From: Thecamonas trahens ATCC 50062
Lineage: Eukaryota; Protista; Apusomonadida
Reading direction: 5' to 3'
NCBI RefSeq assembly: GCF_000142905.1
Contig: NW_013657679.1
Coordinates: 374,657-438,656 of the forward strand
DNA length: 64,000 bases
The position numbers were made by a program, and so were the translations under genes. Position 1 is the stretch's first letter. Every line of letters starts with the position of its first letter. The notes under the pieces were generated by a model. The model was not told the DNA's origin and searched no databases. It was given only the letters and a program-made list of their open reading frames with translations. Shown here one piece after another: positions 43,162 to 52,005 of this stretch.

Positions 43162-45219
43162 TCACTGGGAAGGGGAGCTGAGCACGTCCTTGATGTCGTT
43201 GAGGGCAGATTCGACGGCGGCGCAGAACGCGGCGGTGTCCTGGCCAAAGGTGGTGACGGAAAAGTGGGCGGCGTCGGGGGTGATGCCGTAGCCGACGCCA
43301 AAGCACTCGGGCGAGACCGGGCCAAAGCCGCCCTTGTCCAGGGCGGGCGAGGCGGGGAGGGTCGAGGTGGAGACGACGATGGTCGCGAAGCGCTGGTAGA
43401 CGTCGTCGGCGAAGAGAGGGGTGTCGATACCGGCGGCTTCAGCCATGCGGCGGAGGACAAAGAGGTGGCGATCGATGCCCTTGCCGGTCTGGGCGTCGCG
43501 GGCCAGCGCAGAGTGCTTGGCGACTGCGGCGCGGAAGGCGGCCTCCTTGTCGGCCTTGGTCGCCGCGGGGTCGTCAAAGGTGGCACACATGGCATCCGAC
43601 TCGATGGACGCCGACCGAATGGTCTCGGTCCGGCCCTCCTTAAAGTACGCCATGGCGGCGGCCTCGTACGTCGAGCCGGACTTGCCGTGCATGCGGTAGT
43701 ACGCGAGCTGGAGAGCCATCTGCAGCGTCGAGTCCGGCGAGAGCTTGTGGCTCTTGATGGCGGTCGAGCCAAGTGCAGGCACGACAGCAGCCGAGTAGTC
43801 GAGGCTCTTGATGACGTCGGAGGCGGCAGTGGCGGCCGAGTCGATGGCAGCGGCCAGCTCGGGCGCCGAGGTGTCGAACACGAGCTCGGTGATGCTGGCG
43901 GTGTCAGCGGCCGGGCGCGGCTCGCTGGCAAGCGAGTCAGCATAGATCTCGTTGCAGAACCGGAGAACCGCGAGACCGTCGCCCCAGGTATGCTCAAAGT
44001 TGATGGCGGCGTTGGCGGCGGCGTCGACAATGAGAGTGAACGACTTGTCGAACCAGCGGTTCGTGCCGTCGCCGTGCAGGAAGCTCTTGAGCTGGGCAAA
44101 CGGGTCAGTGGCCGGTGAGGCCTTGAGCTCGGCGACAGCGTCGTGCATGGAGAGTCCAGTCGCGTCCATGTGCTCGTTGATGATCTCAAACGGGTCACGC
44201 GGCGCCGTGTGCTCGAGGGTGACGTTGAAGAGGGCTGCATCGATGGTGGCAAGCGCAGCGGCGTTGCCCGGCGCGGCGTTTGCCAGCAGCTCTCGGGTCG
44301 TTGCCCACTCGTCACGGTCGACGGAAGTGCAGACGCCGACCGGTGCAGAGCCGGGCGGCGTGCGGTCGGTGGCGAGAACAGTGCGGATGCTTGCCACCAC
44401 GTCTTCAAACGGGAGTACGTCGCCGGCGTCGTCCATGATGTCAATCGCGAAGAACCGGTGACCCCACTGGACAGACACGTGCTTGGGCTCCGGCGCACCA
44501 GGCTTGAGCGCGCAGACAAGCTCGTCTTTGTCCTTGCGCGGCAGGCGGGTCGTTCCAAACAGGTGTGCGTACTGCGACATGTCGAGCGGGACGAGGCCGC
44601 CGCCGAGGGCGAGCTTGGACGCGATGCTGCGCGGCGCAAGGGCGAGCAGTGTCTCGTACACCGGAGTCTTGCCAATCGCCGCCAACGCCTTCATCCACCA
44701 TGCCGAGCCGAGCGAAGAGAGCGGGAAGACGTCTGGCTTGAGGTGGCCGTCGCGGAGGGTGCGGTAGAAGCGCCCAGCCGAGACCATCAGCGACGCCGCG
44801 CGCTCTGCTTGATCCAGGCCGCGGGTATCGGGCTTGAGCGTCAGCTGCGGGTTCATGTGAATCATGAGTCCGGCGCGCGACTCGAGGTACATGTCGAGCC
44901 AGTGATCGGCAATGTACGAGCCGTACACGCCCTCGCGCGAGGCCAACAGCTCGGCCTGTAGCTTTGGCCCGGGCCCGGCGCGGAAAGCCTCGACAGCAGC
45001 CCGGGTGGCTTTGAGCTCAGCCGGCGACGCCAGCGGAGTCACCGCCTCCAGATACTTGTCCAAGGTAGCATCCAGCTCCGGGATGGGGATCTCCGGCAGT
45101 GAGTCCTGGAACTTGTACGTGGGGATGCGGGTCTTGTGGAGGTAGCCGTCCGAGGTCAGCCTCCGCGCGGCGGTGGCCAGTGTGACCGAGAGCGTGGGCG
45201 TGGGAATGAGTCTGAGCAT
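43162..45219 (-). CDS. CPT2: Carnitine O-palmitoyltransferase 2
   Basis: YLHKTRIPTYKFQDSLPEIPIPEL, PLDMSQYAHLFGTTRLP, NRWFDKSF, AAINFEHTWGDG (catalytic His), TYE, GRTETIR, GKGIDRHL, GGFGPV. Confidence 0.93.
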   Translation of the reverse strand: MLRLIPTPTLSVTLATAARRLTSDGYLHKTRIPTYKFQDSLPEIPIPELDATLDKYLEAVTPLASPAELKATRAAVEAFRAGPGPKLQAELLASREGVYGSYIADHWLDMYLESRAGLMIHMNPQLTLKPDTRGLDQAERAASLMVSAGRFYRTLRDGHLKPDVFPLSSLGSAWWMKALAAIGKTPVYETLLALAPRSIASKLALGGGLVPLDMSQYAHLFGTTRLPRKDKDELVCALKPGAPEPKHVSVQWGHRFFAIDIMDDAGDVLPFEDVVASIRTVLATDRTPPGSAPVGVCTSVDRDEWATTRELLANAAPGNAAALATIDAALFNVTLEHTAPRDPFEIINEHMDATGLSMHDAVAELKASPATDPFAQLKSFLHGDGTNRWFDKSFTLIVDAAANAAINFEHTWGDGLAVLRFCNEIYADSLASEPRPAADTASITELVFDTSAPELAAAIDSAATAASDVIKSLDYSAAVVPALGSTAIKSHKLSPDSTLQMALQLAYYRMHGKSGSTYEAAAMAYFKEGRTETIRSASIESDAMCATFDDPAATKADKEAAFRAAVAKHSALARDAQTGKGIDRHLFVLRRMAEAAGIDTPLFADDVYQRFATIVVSTSTLPASPALDKGGFGPVSPECFGVGYGITPDAAHFSVTTFGQDTAAFCAAVESALNDIKDVLSSPSQ

Positions 45220-45259
45220 GACTCTTGGGTGTGTGGTTGTGGGAGGTGGAAGGTGAAAG

Positions 45260-45363
45260 GGTGTGTGTGTGTGTGTGTAGAGAGAGAGTGTGTGTGTGTA
45301 GAGAGAGAGAGTGTGTGTGAGTGGTGGTGGTGGTGGTGGTGGTGGTGGTGGTGGTGGTGGTGG
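45260..45363. repeat. (GT)n/(GA)n and (TGG)n microsatellites upstream of CPT2
   Basis: Read directly. Confidence 0.9.
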
Positions 45364-45775
45364 AGGTCGTGGGGGGGGGCGCGGCTCGGCAGGCGGGCGG
45401 GCGGGCCGACTTGTAGGGGGCGATGGCAGGGATTGGGGCGGTGGAAGGGATGGGAGGCGATGGGAGGACGGTTTACTTGTGCCGATAGCAGGAAAGAGGG
45501 TGAGGAATAGTCATGACAATTGGCGACAATTCGTTATGCTCTGGCGACAGTGGCCTCGTGCCTCGGCGACAGAGCCGAGGAGCATCACCGGATGCGGGCG
45601 TGTTCAGCTGGGCGATGGAGTAAGGGGAGAAGGGGGAGGCTAGCCGCAAGTCACCGCTGACGGCCACCGCCGTGAAGCGGATCGCGGCCGACGAGGCTAA
45701 AGCGGTCGGAGAGGACGACTGTGTGGTCCGGAGCGACGACGTAGTGTGTGGCCGGAATCCAGCCCTCGTCGCCGA

Positions 45776-46303
45776 NNNNNNNNNNNNNNNNNNNNNNNNN
45801 NNNNNNNNNNNNNNNNNNNNNNNNNNNNNNNNNNNNNNNNNNNNNNNNNNNNNNNNNNNNNNNNNNNNNNNNNNNNNNNNNNNNNNNNNNNNNNNNNNNN
45901 NNNNNNNNNNNNNNNNNNNNNNNNNNNNNNNNNNNNNNNNNNNNNNNNNNNNNNNNNNNNNNNNNNNNNNNNNNNNNNNNNNNNNNNNNNNNNNNNNNNN
46001 NNNNNNNNNNNNNNNNNNNNNNNNNNNNNNNNNNNNNNNNNNNNNNNNNNNNNNNNNNNNNNNNNNNNNNNNNNNNNNNNNNNNNNNNNNNNNNNNNNNN
46101 NNNNNNNNNNNNNNNNNNNNNNNNNNNNNNNNNNNNNNNNNNNNNNNNNNNNNNNNNNNNNNNNNNNNNNNNNNNNNNNNNNNNNNNNNNNNNNNNNNNN
46201 NNNNNNNNNNNNNNNNNNNNNNNNNNNNNNNNNNNNNNNNNNNNNNNNNNNNNNNNNNNNNNNNNNNNNNNNNNNNNNNNNNNNNNNNNNNNNNNNNNNN
46301 NNN
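45776..46303. other. Assembly gap
   Basis: N run. Confidence 1.
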
Positions 46304-46609
46304 CCCCATCCCTGCTTCCACTACCCTTCCTTCCCCACCCTTGATATGGCCGTCTGTGCACGTCGGACTTGCCCTGCGGAAGCATCCTCTCGCCTCCCCT
46401 CCCCCCCCCCCCCCTCCCGAGCTCTTCACTTTGCTCCAATAACCCTCCCACTCTGCGCGCCAGCGTGCGGCGGGCTAAGCAAGCAGTGGACCATTTTTTT
46501 GGGCGCGGACCCACGGCGGCGCCCCCCCCCCACACCCACACCCACACCCACTCCGCCCGCCACGCAAACCATACTCACACCATCGCCTTGCTCCGCTCCG
46601 TTTGTCTAG

Positions 46610-47056
46610 CTCCGCTCGGACGTGGTCCCCAAGACCGCTGAGAACTTCCGCTGCCTCTGCACCGGCGAGAAGGGCACCGGCAAGTCGGGCAAGCCGCTCC
46701 ACTTCAAGGGCTCCAAGTTCCACCGCGTGATCAACAACTTCATGCTCCAGGGTGGTGACTTTACCCGCGGCAACGGCACTGGCGGTGAGTCCATCTACGG
46801 CTCCAAGTTCAAGGACGAGAACTTCACCCTCAAGCACACCGGCCCGGGTGTCCTCTCGATGGCCAACGCTGGCCCGAACACCAACGGCTCGCAGTTCTTC
46901 ATCTGCACCGTCAAGACCGAGTGGCTCGACGGCAAGCACGTCGTCTTCGGCTCTGTCGTCGAGGGCATGGACGTCGTTAAGGCCATCGAGGCTCTTGGCT
47001 CGTCGACTGGCGCCACGTCGAAGAACGTCATCATCGCCGACTGCGGCGAGCTCTAA
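46610..47056 (+). CDS. Cyclophilin-type peptidyl-prolyl isomerase, last exon (5' exon probably in the gap)
   Basis: Acceptor TCTAG| then [63 protein letters not shown]. Confidence 0.95.
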   Translation, partial: LRSDVVPKTAENFRCLCTGEKGTGKSGKPLHFKGSKFHRVINNFMLQGGDFTRGNGTGGESIYGSKFKDENFTLKHTGPGVLSMANAGPNTNGSQFFICTVKTEWLDGKHVVFGSVVEGMDVVKAIEALGSSTGATSKNVIIADCGEL

Positions 47057-47137
47057 GCCGTCTGCCCTCCTGCGTGCATAACAGTCTTTTTTGCCAGCTC
47101 TTTACCTTGTCCACACAGCTGTTACAGCCTCGTCTTT

Positions 47138-48889
47138 TCACTCCTTCCCCCTCTCGTCATCCGACGGGTTGTACATCAGCAAATCGTTGTCGAGCTCATA
47201 GTCGGCCTCGTCGTCGTACAGCACAGGGCTGCCATCGCGGCCGCCAAACCCGGTCGCGGCGGCGCCGCCAAACGAGGTGCGCGCCGCCGGCGACTCGCGG
47301 TGAGCCGACGTGCGAAAGGCCGACGACGGGGTCTCAGACGCCGACCGGCGGCGCGACTCACCGCCGTCAAACGAGCAGTCGGCGGCGCGGATGTCGTCGA
47401 TGAGTGCCTCGACCTCGTGCATCCGTAGCTCAGACTCGGCATGCATAGCGGCGATGACCTGCGCGTGCTCGTCGCGGAGGTGCTGCATTTCACTGGCGTG
47501 TGCCGCGCGCATGCGCTCGATCTCCTCGTCCTTCCGCCCCAGTTGCTCTTCCACCTCGCGCCGGATGGCGGTGAGGTCGACGGTCTCGGGCGCGTCGTGC
47601 GGGTCGACGGCCGCCGGCGTCCCGGACTCTCTCACCCGGAGCTTGCTCTCGAGCTCAGCAACCTTGGCCTCGGCGGCGGCGCCGCGCTCGCGCGACGCCT
47701 CGAGCTCCTCGCGCAGTGCGGCGACAGTGGCACGGAGTGACTCGGACTCGTCGCGGGCCGGGACAACCGGATGCGCCGCCTGCTCCTGGAGCAGCTCGTT
47801 GTGGACCGCAAGCGTGTTGACGCGGTGCAGCAGCCGGGCCGTCTGCTCACGCTCCTGGCTCAGCAGCGACTCGACATGCTGCTTTTCCAGCGTCACCATG
47901 TTGACCTTGTGCAGCAGCGACTGGATGTCGCGCTTTCGCTGCGCGGTCTCGATGACCGAGTGTCGCCGCGCCTGGTCACGCTCGCGCTGCAGCGCGAGCT
48001 TGTACTCGTGCTCGAGCGCTGCTCGCCGCGACTCAGTCTCCTGCCATATTTGCGCGCTGATCGCCGCATGCTCGAGCTCGCGTCGCTTGGCCCGCTCCTC
48101 CATCACCGAGATCTTCATCGTCAGTGTCGAGACCTGGTGCAAGAGCCGTGACACGTCGCGGTGCTCCATCTTGAGCGACGCCGACCGCGACATCCGCCGC
48201 CTGCTGTCGTCCGCCTCGGCCGCCGCCGGACTCTGCTCACTGTTTGACTCGACTTGCAGCAGATCGAGCGAGAGGCTCGGCTCGAGTGAGAGCGCCGCCG
48301 TCGGCGACGCCGCCGTCGGCGACGCTGCCGACGCCGACACCGACGCCGCCGACGCCACCACACTGGCGTCTCTGCTTGCCCGCCGTCGCTCTCCGGCACT
48401 GAGCTCCATACCTGGCCACGGCAGCTCGGCCACTGCGGCCACCGCCGCCGCCGCCGCCGCCGCTGCCAGCTCGCGGAAGCTCCCAGGCAGAGCAGGCTCG
48501 GGCGAGTACGGCGAGGCCGACTCGTCCGAGTACGAGTACACGTTGGAGCACGAGCCGGAGCCAGAGCCGGAGCCGGAGCCAGAGCCGTCGCCAAACACCA
48601 CCACCAGCGAAACGTCGTCGCGCCCGGTTGCCCGTCGCAGCCGCCGCACGGGGTCGTGGGCCACAGCTCGGGTCTGGCGCGAGTGCGCCCGCTGGCCATA
48701 CGACGCCCGCTGGCCGTGCGACGCCCGCTGGCCGTGCGACGCCCGCTGGCCGTGCGACGCCCGCTGGCCGTGCGACGCCCGCCGCCGCCGCCGCTGCCGC
48801 TGCCCGCTGCTCCTCCGCCTCTCCGCCCGCGTCTGCAACTGTGACGGTGTGTGTGTGTGCGAGTGTCGGGAGTTTCTGGACCGCGGCAT
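47138..48889 (-). CDS. Hypothetical coiled-coil protein with N-terminal GQRASH repeats and repeated LLHxVNT/M motif
   Basis: Long ORF; RLLHQVSTL, SLLHKVNMV, RLLHRVNTL repeats inside coiled coil; start uncertain. Confidence 0.65.
   Translation of the reverse strand: MPRSRNSRHSHTHTPSQLQTRAERRRSSGQRQRRRRRASHGQRASHGQRASHGQRASHGQRASYGQRAHSRQTRAVAHDPVRRLRRATGRDDVSLVVVFGDGSGSGSGSGSGSCSNVYSYSDESASPYSPEPALPGSFRELAAAAAAAAVAAVAELPWPGMELSAGERRRASRDASVVASAASVSASAASPTAASPTAALSLEPSLSLDLLQVESNSEQSPAAAEADDSRRRMSRSASLKMEHRDVSRLLHQVSTLTMKISVMEERAKRRELEHAAISAQIWQETESRRAALEHEYKLALQRERDQARRHSVIETAQRKRDIQSLLHKVNMVTLEKQHVESLLSQEREQTARLLHRVNTLAVHNELLQEQAAHPVVPARDESESLRATVAALREELEASRERGAAAEAKVAELESKLRVRESGTPAAVDPHDAPETVDLTAIRREVEEQLGRKDEEIERMRAAHASEMQHLRDEHAQVIAAMHAESELRMHEVEALIDDIRAADCSFDGGESRRRSASETPSSAFRTSAHRESPAARTSFGGAAATGFGGRDGSPVLYDDEADYELDNDLLMYNPSDDERGKE
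48688..48780 (-). repeat. 18-bp coding tandem repeat (GQRASH) x5
   Basis: cccgctggccgtgcgacg repeated. Confidence 0.9.
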
Positions 48890-48905
48890 GGTGTCGGGTG
48901 CGTGC

Positions 48906-49850
48906 TCAGCCGAGTCGAGTGCCGCCCACGCCCGCCCGGGCGGGAGTAGAGGCTGCGGCCTTGGCCTCAAACACCAGCGTCGCCTGCGTGACGACAAACT
49001 GCATCGGATCGGCTGGCGGGCAGTGAAAGTGAGCCCACTTGAGGCTCGCTGATCCGGCCACGGGCGCGAGGACTAACCGGTGGGTGACCAGCGCCTGCCA
49101 GCCGCGCGGCATGTACTCCGAGTGCTGGGTTGCCGCCTCGTCTGCAGGCGCAAACAACGCCGGCTTGACCGCCACCACCACCAGCACCCGCGACGCTGCT
49201 AGGAGCGCGGCTACCCACCGATGCAGACTCTCGTTGACCCGGGCCGCCCCATCGACGCCCGCCCGCCCTTGCCAAAAGAACGGCGCAACATCGTCGAGTG
49301 CCACAAGCGCCAGCGGAAGCGCGCCCTGCGCTGCTGGCGGCTCGTCGGTCACACCCGTTAGCAGCGCCGCCAGCGTCAGCTCCAGCTCGCCCGCGCTACG
49401 CGGCCGGTAGATGACCAGATGCCCGAGGCAAGCCGCCGCAAACGCCGTCGCCTCGTCAGGAAGCGGCTCGCGCCCGGCGTCTGCAAGCGCCAGCTCGAAG
49501 CGGGCCGCCAGCATCCGCGCCAGCACTCGGGTCTTGAACTTGAGCGACGTGTCGACGACCGCCGCCCGCTCACCGCGGCCATGCATCGGCACCCCGTCCC
49601 AGGCCTCGGGCATGACCACTGCACACAGCATGTTGTACACCAGCTGTGTCTTGCCGCTCCCGGCCTCGCCGTACACCTCCAACACCGAGCCGCCCACCAG
49701 CGGCGCGTCGGCCAGCACCTCGTCCACCGCCTCCAGATGGGTCCACAGCGGCGTTCGCTGCGCCCGCCGCACAATGTCCAGTAAGCTCTCGTCCGGCCTG
49801 CACGAAAAGGCCTTGCAGCAGCTCGCTGCGACACACTCTGCGTCAGCCAT
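48906..49850 (-). CDS. XRCC2: RAD51 paralog XRCC2-like
   Basis: VLEVYGEAGSGKT (Walker A), CAVVMP..GG/GRGE..VVDTSLKF, LVALDDVAPFFW (cf. XRCC2 LILDSLSAFYW), EYMPRGWQALVTHRL. Confidence 0.85.
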   Translation of the reverse strand: MADAECVAASCCKAFSCRPDESLLDIVRRAQRTPLWTHLEAVDEVLADAPLVGGSVLEVYGEAGSGKTQLVYNMLCAVVMPEAWDGVPMHGRGERAAVVDTSLKFKTRVLARMLAARFELALADAGREPLPDEATAFAAACLGHLVIYRPRSAGELELTLAALLTGVTDEPPAAQGALPLALVALDDVAPFFWQGRAGVDGAARVNESLHRWVAALLAASRVLVVVAVKPALFAPADEAATQHSEYMPRGWQALVTHRLVLAPVAGSASLKWAHFHCPPADPMQFVVTQATLVFEAKAAASTPARAGVGGTRLG

Positions 49851-49870
49851 ACGCGCGAGACGAGCGGTGG

Positions 49871-49902
<32 letters not shown>

Positions 49903-50033
49903 GCTCTCTCTCTCCCCCCCCCCCCCTTCCACCGTCCAAAAAAGGTCGTAAAACTTGCGGGCAGGCATTCCGTTCCGATCGATCGCACCTGCCACCCACC
50001 CACCCACCCACACCCAACGCCCTCACACCCGCC

Positions 50034-51077
50034 ATGGCAGCATCCCTCCGCAGGCTTGTGTCGCAGAAGAAGGTCCGGTACCAGGAAGATGGGTTCGACC
50101 TCGACCTGACGTATGTGACCCCACGGGTCATTGCCATGGGCTTCCCGGCTTCTGGCGTAGAGGCCGTCTACCGCAACCCGATGAAGGAGGTCAAGAGATT
50201 GCTGGAGGCCAAGCATGGCGCGGCGTACAAGGTGTACAACCTGTGCGCCGAGTCGAAGCACCAGTACGCACCAGATGCCTTTGCGCCTGCCCAGCAGACC
50301 GATGACTACGAGTTTGAGGACCACAACGCCCTCCCGCTGCCGATCCTCGCCGACCTCGCCACCGACGTTGCCGCCTTTCTTGCCGCCGACGACGCCAACG
50401 TTGTCGCCATCCACTGCAAGGCCGGCAAGGGCCGGACTGGCCTCGTTGTCGCCTCTCTCCTCCTGCATCTTGGCGAGGTCGCATCGGCCGATGCAGCGCT
50501 CGAGCACTTTGCCTCGGTCCGCACCTCGGACGGCAAGGGTGTTTCGGTCCCGTCGCAGAAGCGGTACGTCCAGTATTACGCCAGCCTCCTCGATGCCGGG
50601 CTCCGCGACGCCGCTGCCGCCGCCCTCGACCTTCCGTCCGCCCAACGGGCCGCTGCCCTCGACGCCGCCATCCCACGCGCCACCATCGTCCTCGACGCCG
50701 TCACCATGCACACGGTGCCCAAGTTTGACGTCCGCGGCGGCTGCGATCCCTACGTCGTCGTGGACACCTTTCACGACGGCGAGCTCGTCCGGACCGACAC
50801 CGCTCCGCATGTCAAGAACGAGGACTCGGTCACCATCGACTTGCCCGGCGGCGTCACAGTCGGCGCCGACTTTCGGGTCACTCTGTACGACGCCGACGTG
50901 GGCGGCGGCGACGATCTCATGTGCTACTTTTGGCTCAACCCGGCGCAGCTGCTTGCCGACGCGCCGGCCGGCGAGTATGTCCTACCCCACGACGCCATCG
51001 ACGGTGTCCACAAGGACAAGAAGAAGAAGCACTTTGACCCGTCGTTTGCGCTCGCCATCACCTTTCATGCTGTGTAA
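50034..51077 (+). CDS. PTEN: PTEN phosphoinositide 3-phosphatase (PTP + C2)
   Basis: LRRLVSQKKVRYQEDGFDLDLTYV, IAMGFP, YRNP, VYNLCAE, FEDHN, AIHCKAGKGRTG, PSQKRYVQYY, C2 domain; no C-terminal tail. Confidence 0.95.
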   Translation: MAASLRRLVSQKKVRYQEDGFDLDLTYVTPRVIAMGFPASGVEAVYRNPMKEVKRLLEAKHGAAYKVYNLCAESKHQYAPDAFAPAQQTDDYEFEDHNALPLPILADLATDVAAFLAADDANVVAIHCKAGKGRTGLVVASLLLHLGEVASADAALEHFASVRTSDGKGVSVPSQKRYVQYYASLLDAGLRDAAAAALDLPSAQRAAALDAAIPRATIVLDAVTMHTVPKFDVRGGCDPYVVVDTFHDGELVRTDTAPHVKNEDSVTIDLPGGVTVGADFRVTLYDADVGGGDDLMCYFWLNPAQLLADAPAGEYVLPHDAIDGVHKDKKKKHFDPSFALAITFHAV

Positions 51078-51085
51078 ACGCGTAT

Positions 51086-51808
51086 TCACTTGTCCGGAAA
51101 GTGGCCAAAGGTGCGGTACCGCCCGCCGGTGCCCGGGCCCGACGAGAGCGGAAGGAGCGACGCGCCCGAGTACATGCTCGCCTCGGCGCCGGAGCGGTAG
51201 AGGGCGATCGAGGCGGCGATCGAGAGGAACGGAAGCGCGGCGGCGAGCCAGGCGGCCCACGCAAGGTCGGCAACCTTGGAGGCAACCACCTCGTTGTTGG
51301 TCACCCGGCCGCCGACAAACCACACAGTGACCGCCGCCACGTTGAGCGCCGCTGCCAGCCCGCCAACAAGCGCGCCGCGCTGGGCGGCAAAGCCGGAGGC
51401 TGTCGGCTGATCGAGCGCCTGCTGCGAGGCACAGAACATAGCAGCAGCAAGCTGGCCGGCGTAGCCGACCACGGCAAAGACCAGCGCAATGAGCGCCGCC
51501 AGCGAGCAGTACCACAGCTGCTCCATGCCGTCCACAATCTTGGCCGTCGTTGCCTTGGCAGCTTCGTCGCTGATCTTGTGCGCGTAGCGGTAAAAGCCGA
51601 GCGTCTCTGCCAGCGAGACGCACACGTCCATGTTGTAGTCAAGAAGCCCGTCCGGATCCACGGGGCTGTTGGCCGTGTGGGTACACATGGCCAGCAGTCC
51701 CACGTCCTCTCCAGAGGCAGAGTACCAGTGGTTGGAGGCCAGCGCAACCGCGAGGCCCAGCACCACCAGCAGGGTGGTTACCGCTGCAGCCACAGGCACA
51801 CCGGACAT
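51086..51808 (-). CDS. Claudin/PMP22/EMP-clan-like tetraspan membrane protein (240 aa)
   Basis: TM1 then SNHW..GLL..C...C extracellular signature; three more hydrophobic segments; LAWAAWLA at the start of TM4. Confidence 0.65.
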   Translation of the reverse strand: MSGVPVAAAVTTLLVVLGLAVALASNHWYSASGEDVGLLAMCTHTANSPVDPDGLLDYNMDVCVSLAETLGFYRYAHKISDEAAKATTAKIVDGMEQLWYCSLAALIALVFAVVGYAGQLAAAMFCASQQALDQPTASGFAAQRGALVGGLAAALNVAAVTVWFVGGRVTNNEVVASKVADLAWAAWLAAALPFLSIAASIALYRSGAEASMYSGASLLPLSSGPGTGGRYRTFGHFPDK

Positions 51809-52005
51809 GACCAGAGTGAGCAAGCGGGCGTGTGCGTGTGTTGGGTGCGTGTGCTTGTGTGTGTGCGTGTGTGTGTGGTAGAGACTGGTGTGTGTGGCGG
51901 TGGCGGCGTGCCGTGGCTGCTCTCCTGCACAGAGTGTCATGCGCTGGCTTTTTCGTGGCACGTGTGCGCGTTTTTGGCGGGCAGGCTACGCGGCGCGGAA
52001 GCAGA

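Noticed and set aside
47310-49052. Long antisense and alternative-frame ORFs (e.g. 47310-49052 +, 160-1659 -, 42846-44675 -, 50215-51330 +)
   Set aside because: Shadow ORFs expected from high GC3 codon bias; S/A/R-rich with no recognisable motifs
49851-50810. N-terminal extension of XRCC2 overlapping PTEN
   Set aside because: It is the antisense shadow of PTEN plus microsatellite; the ATG at 49850 gives a normal-sized XRCC2
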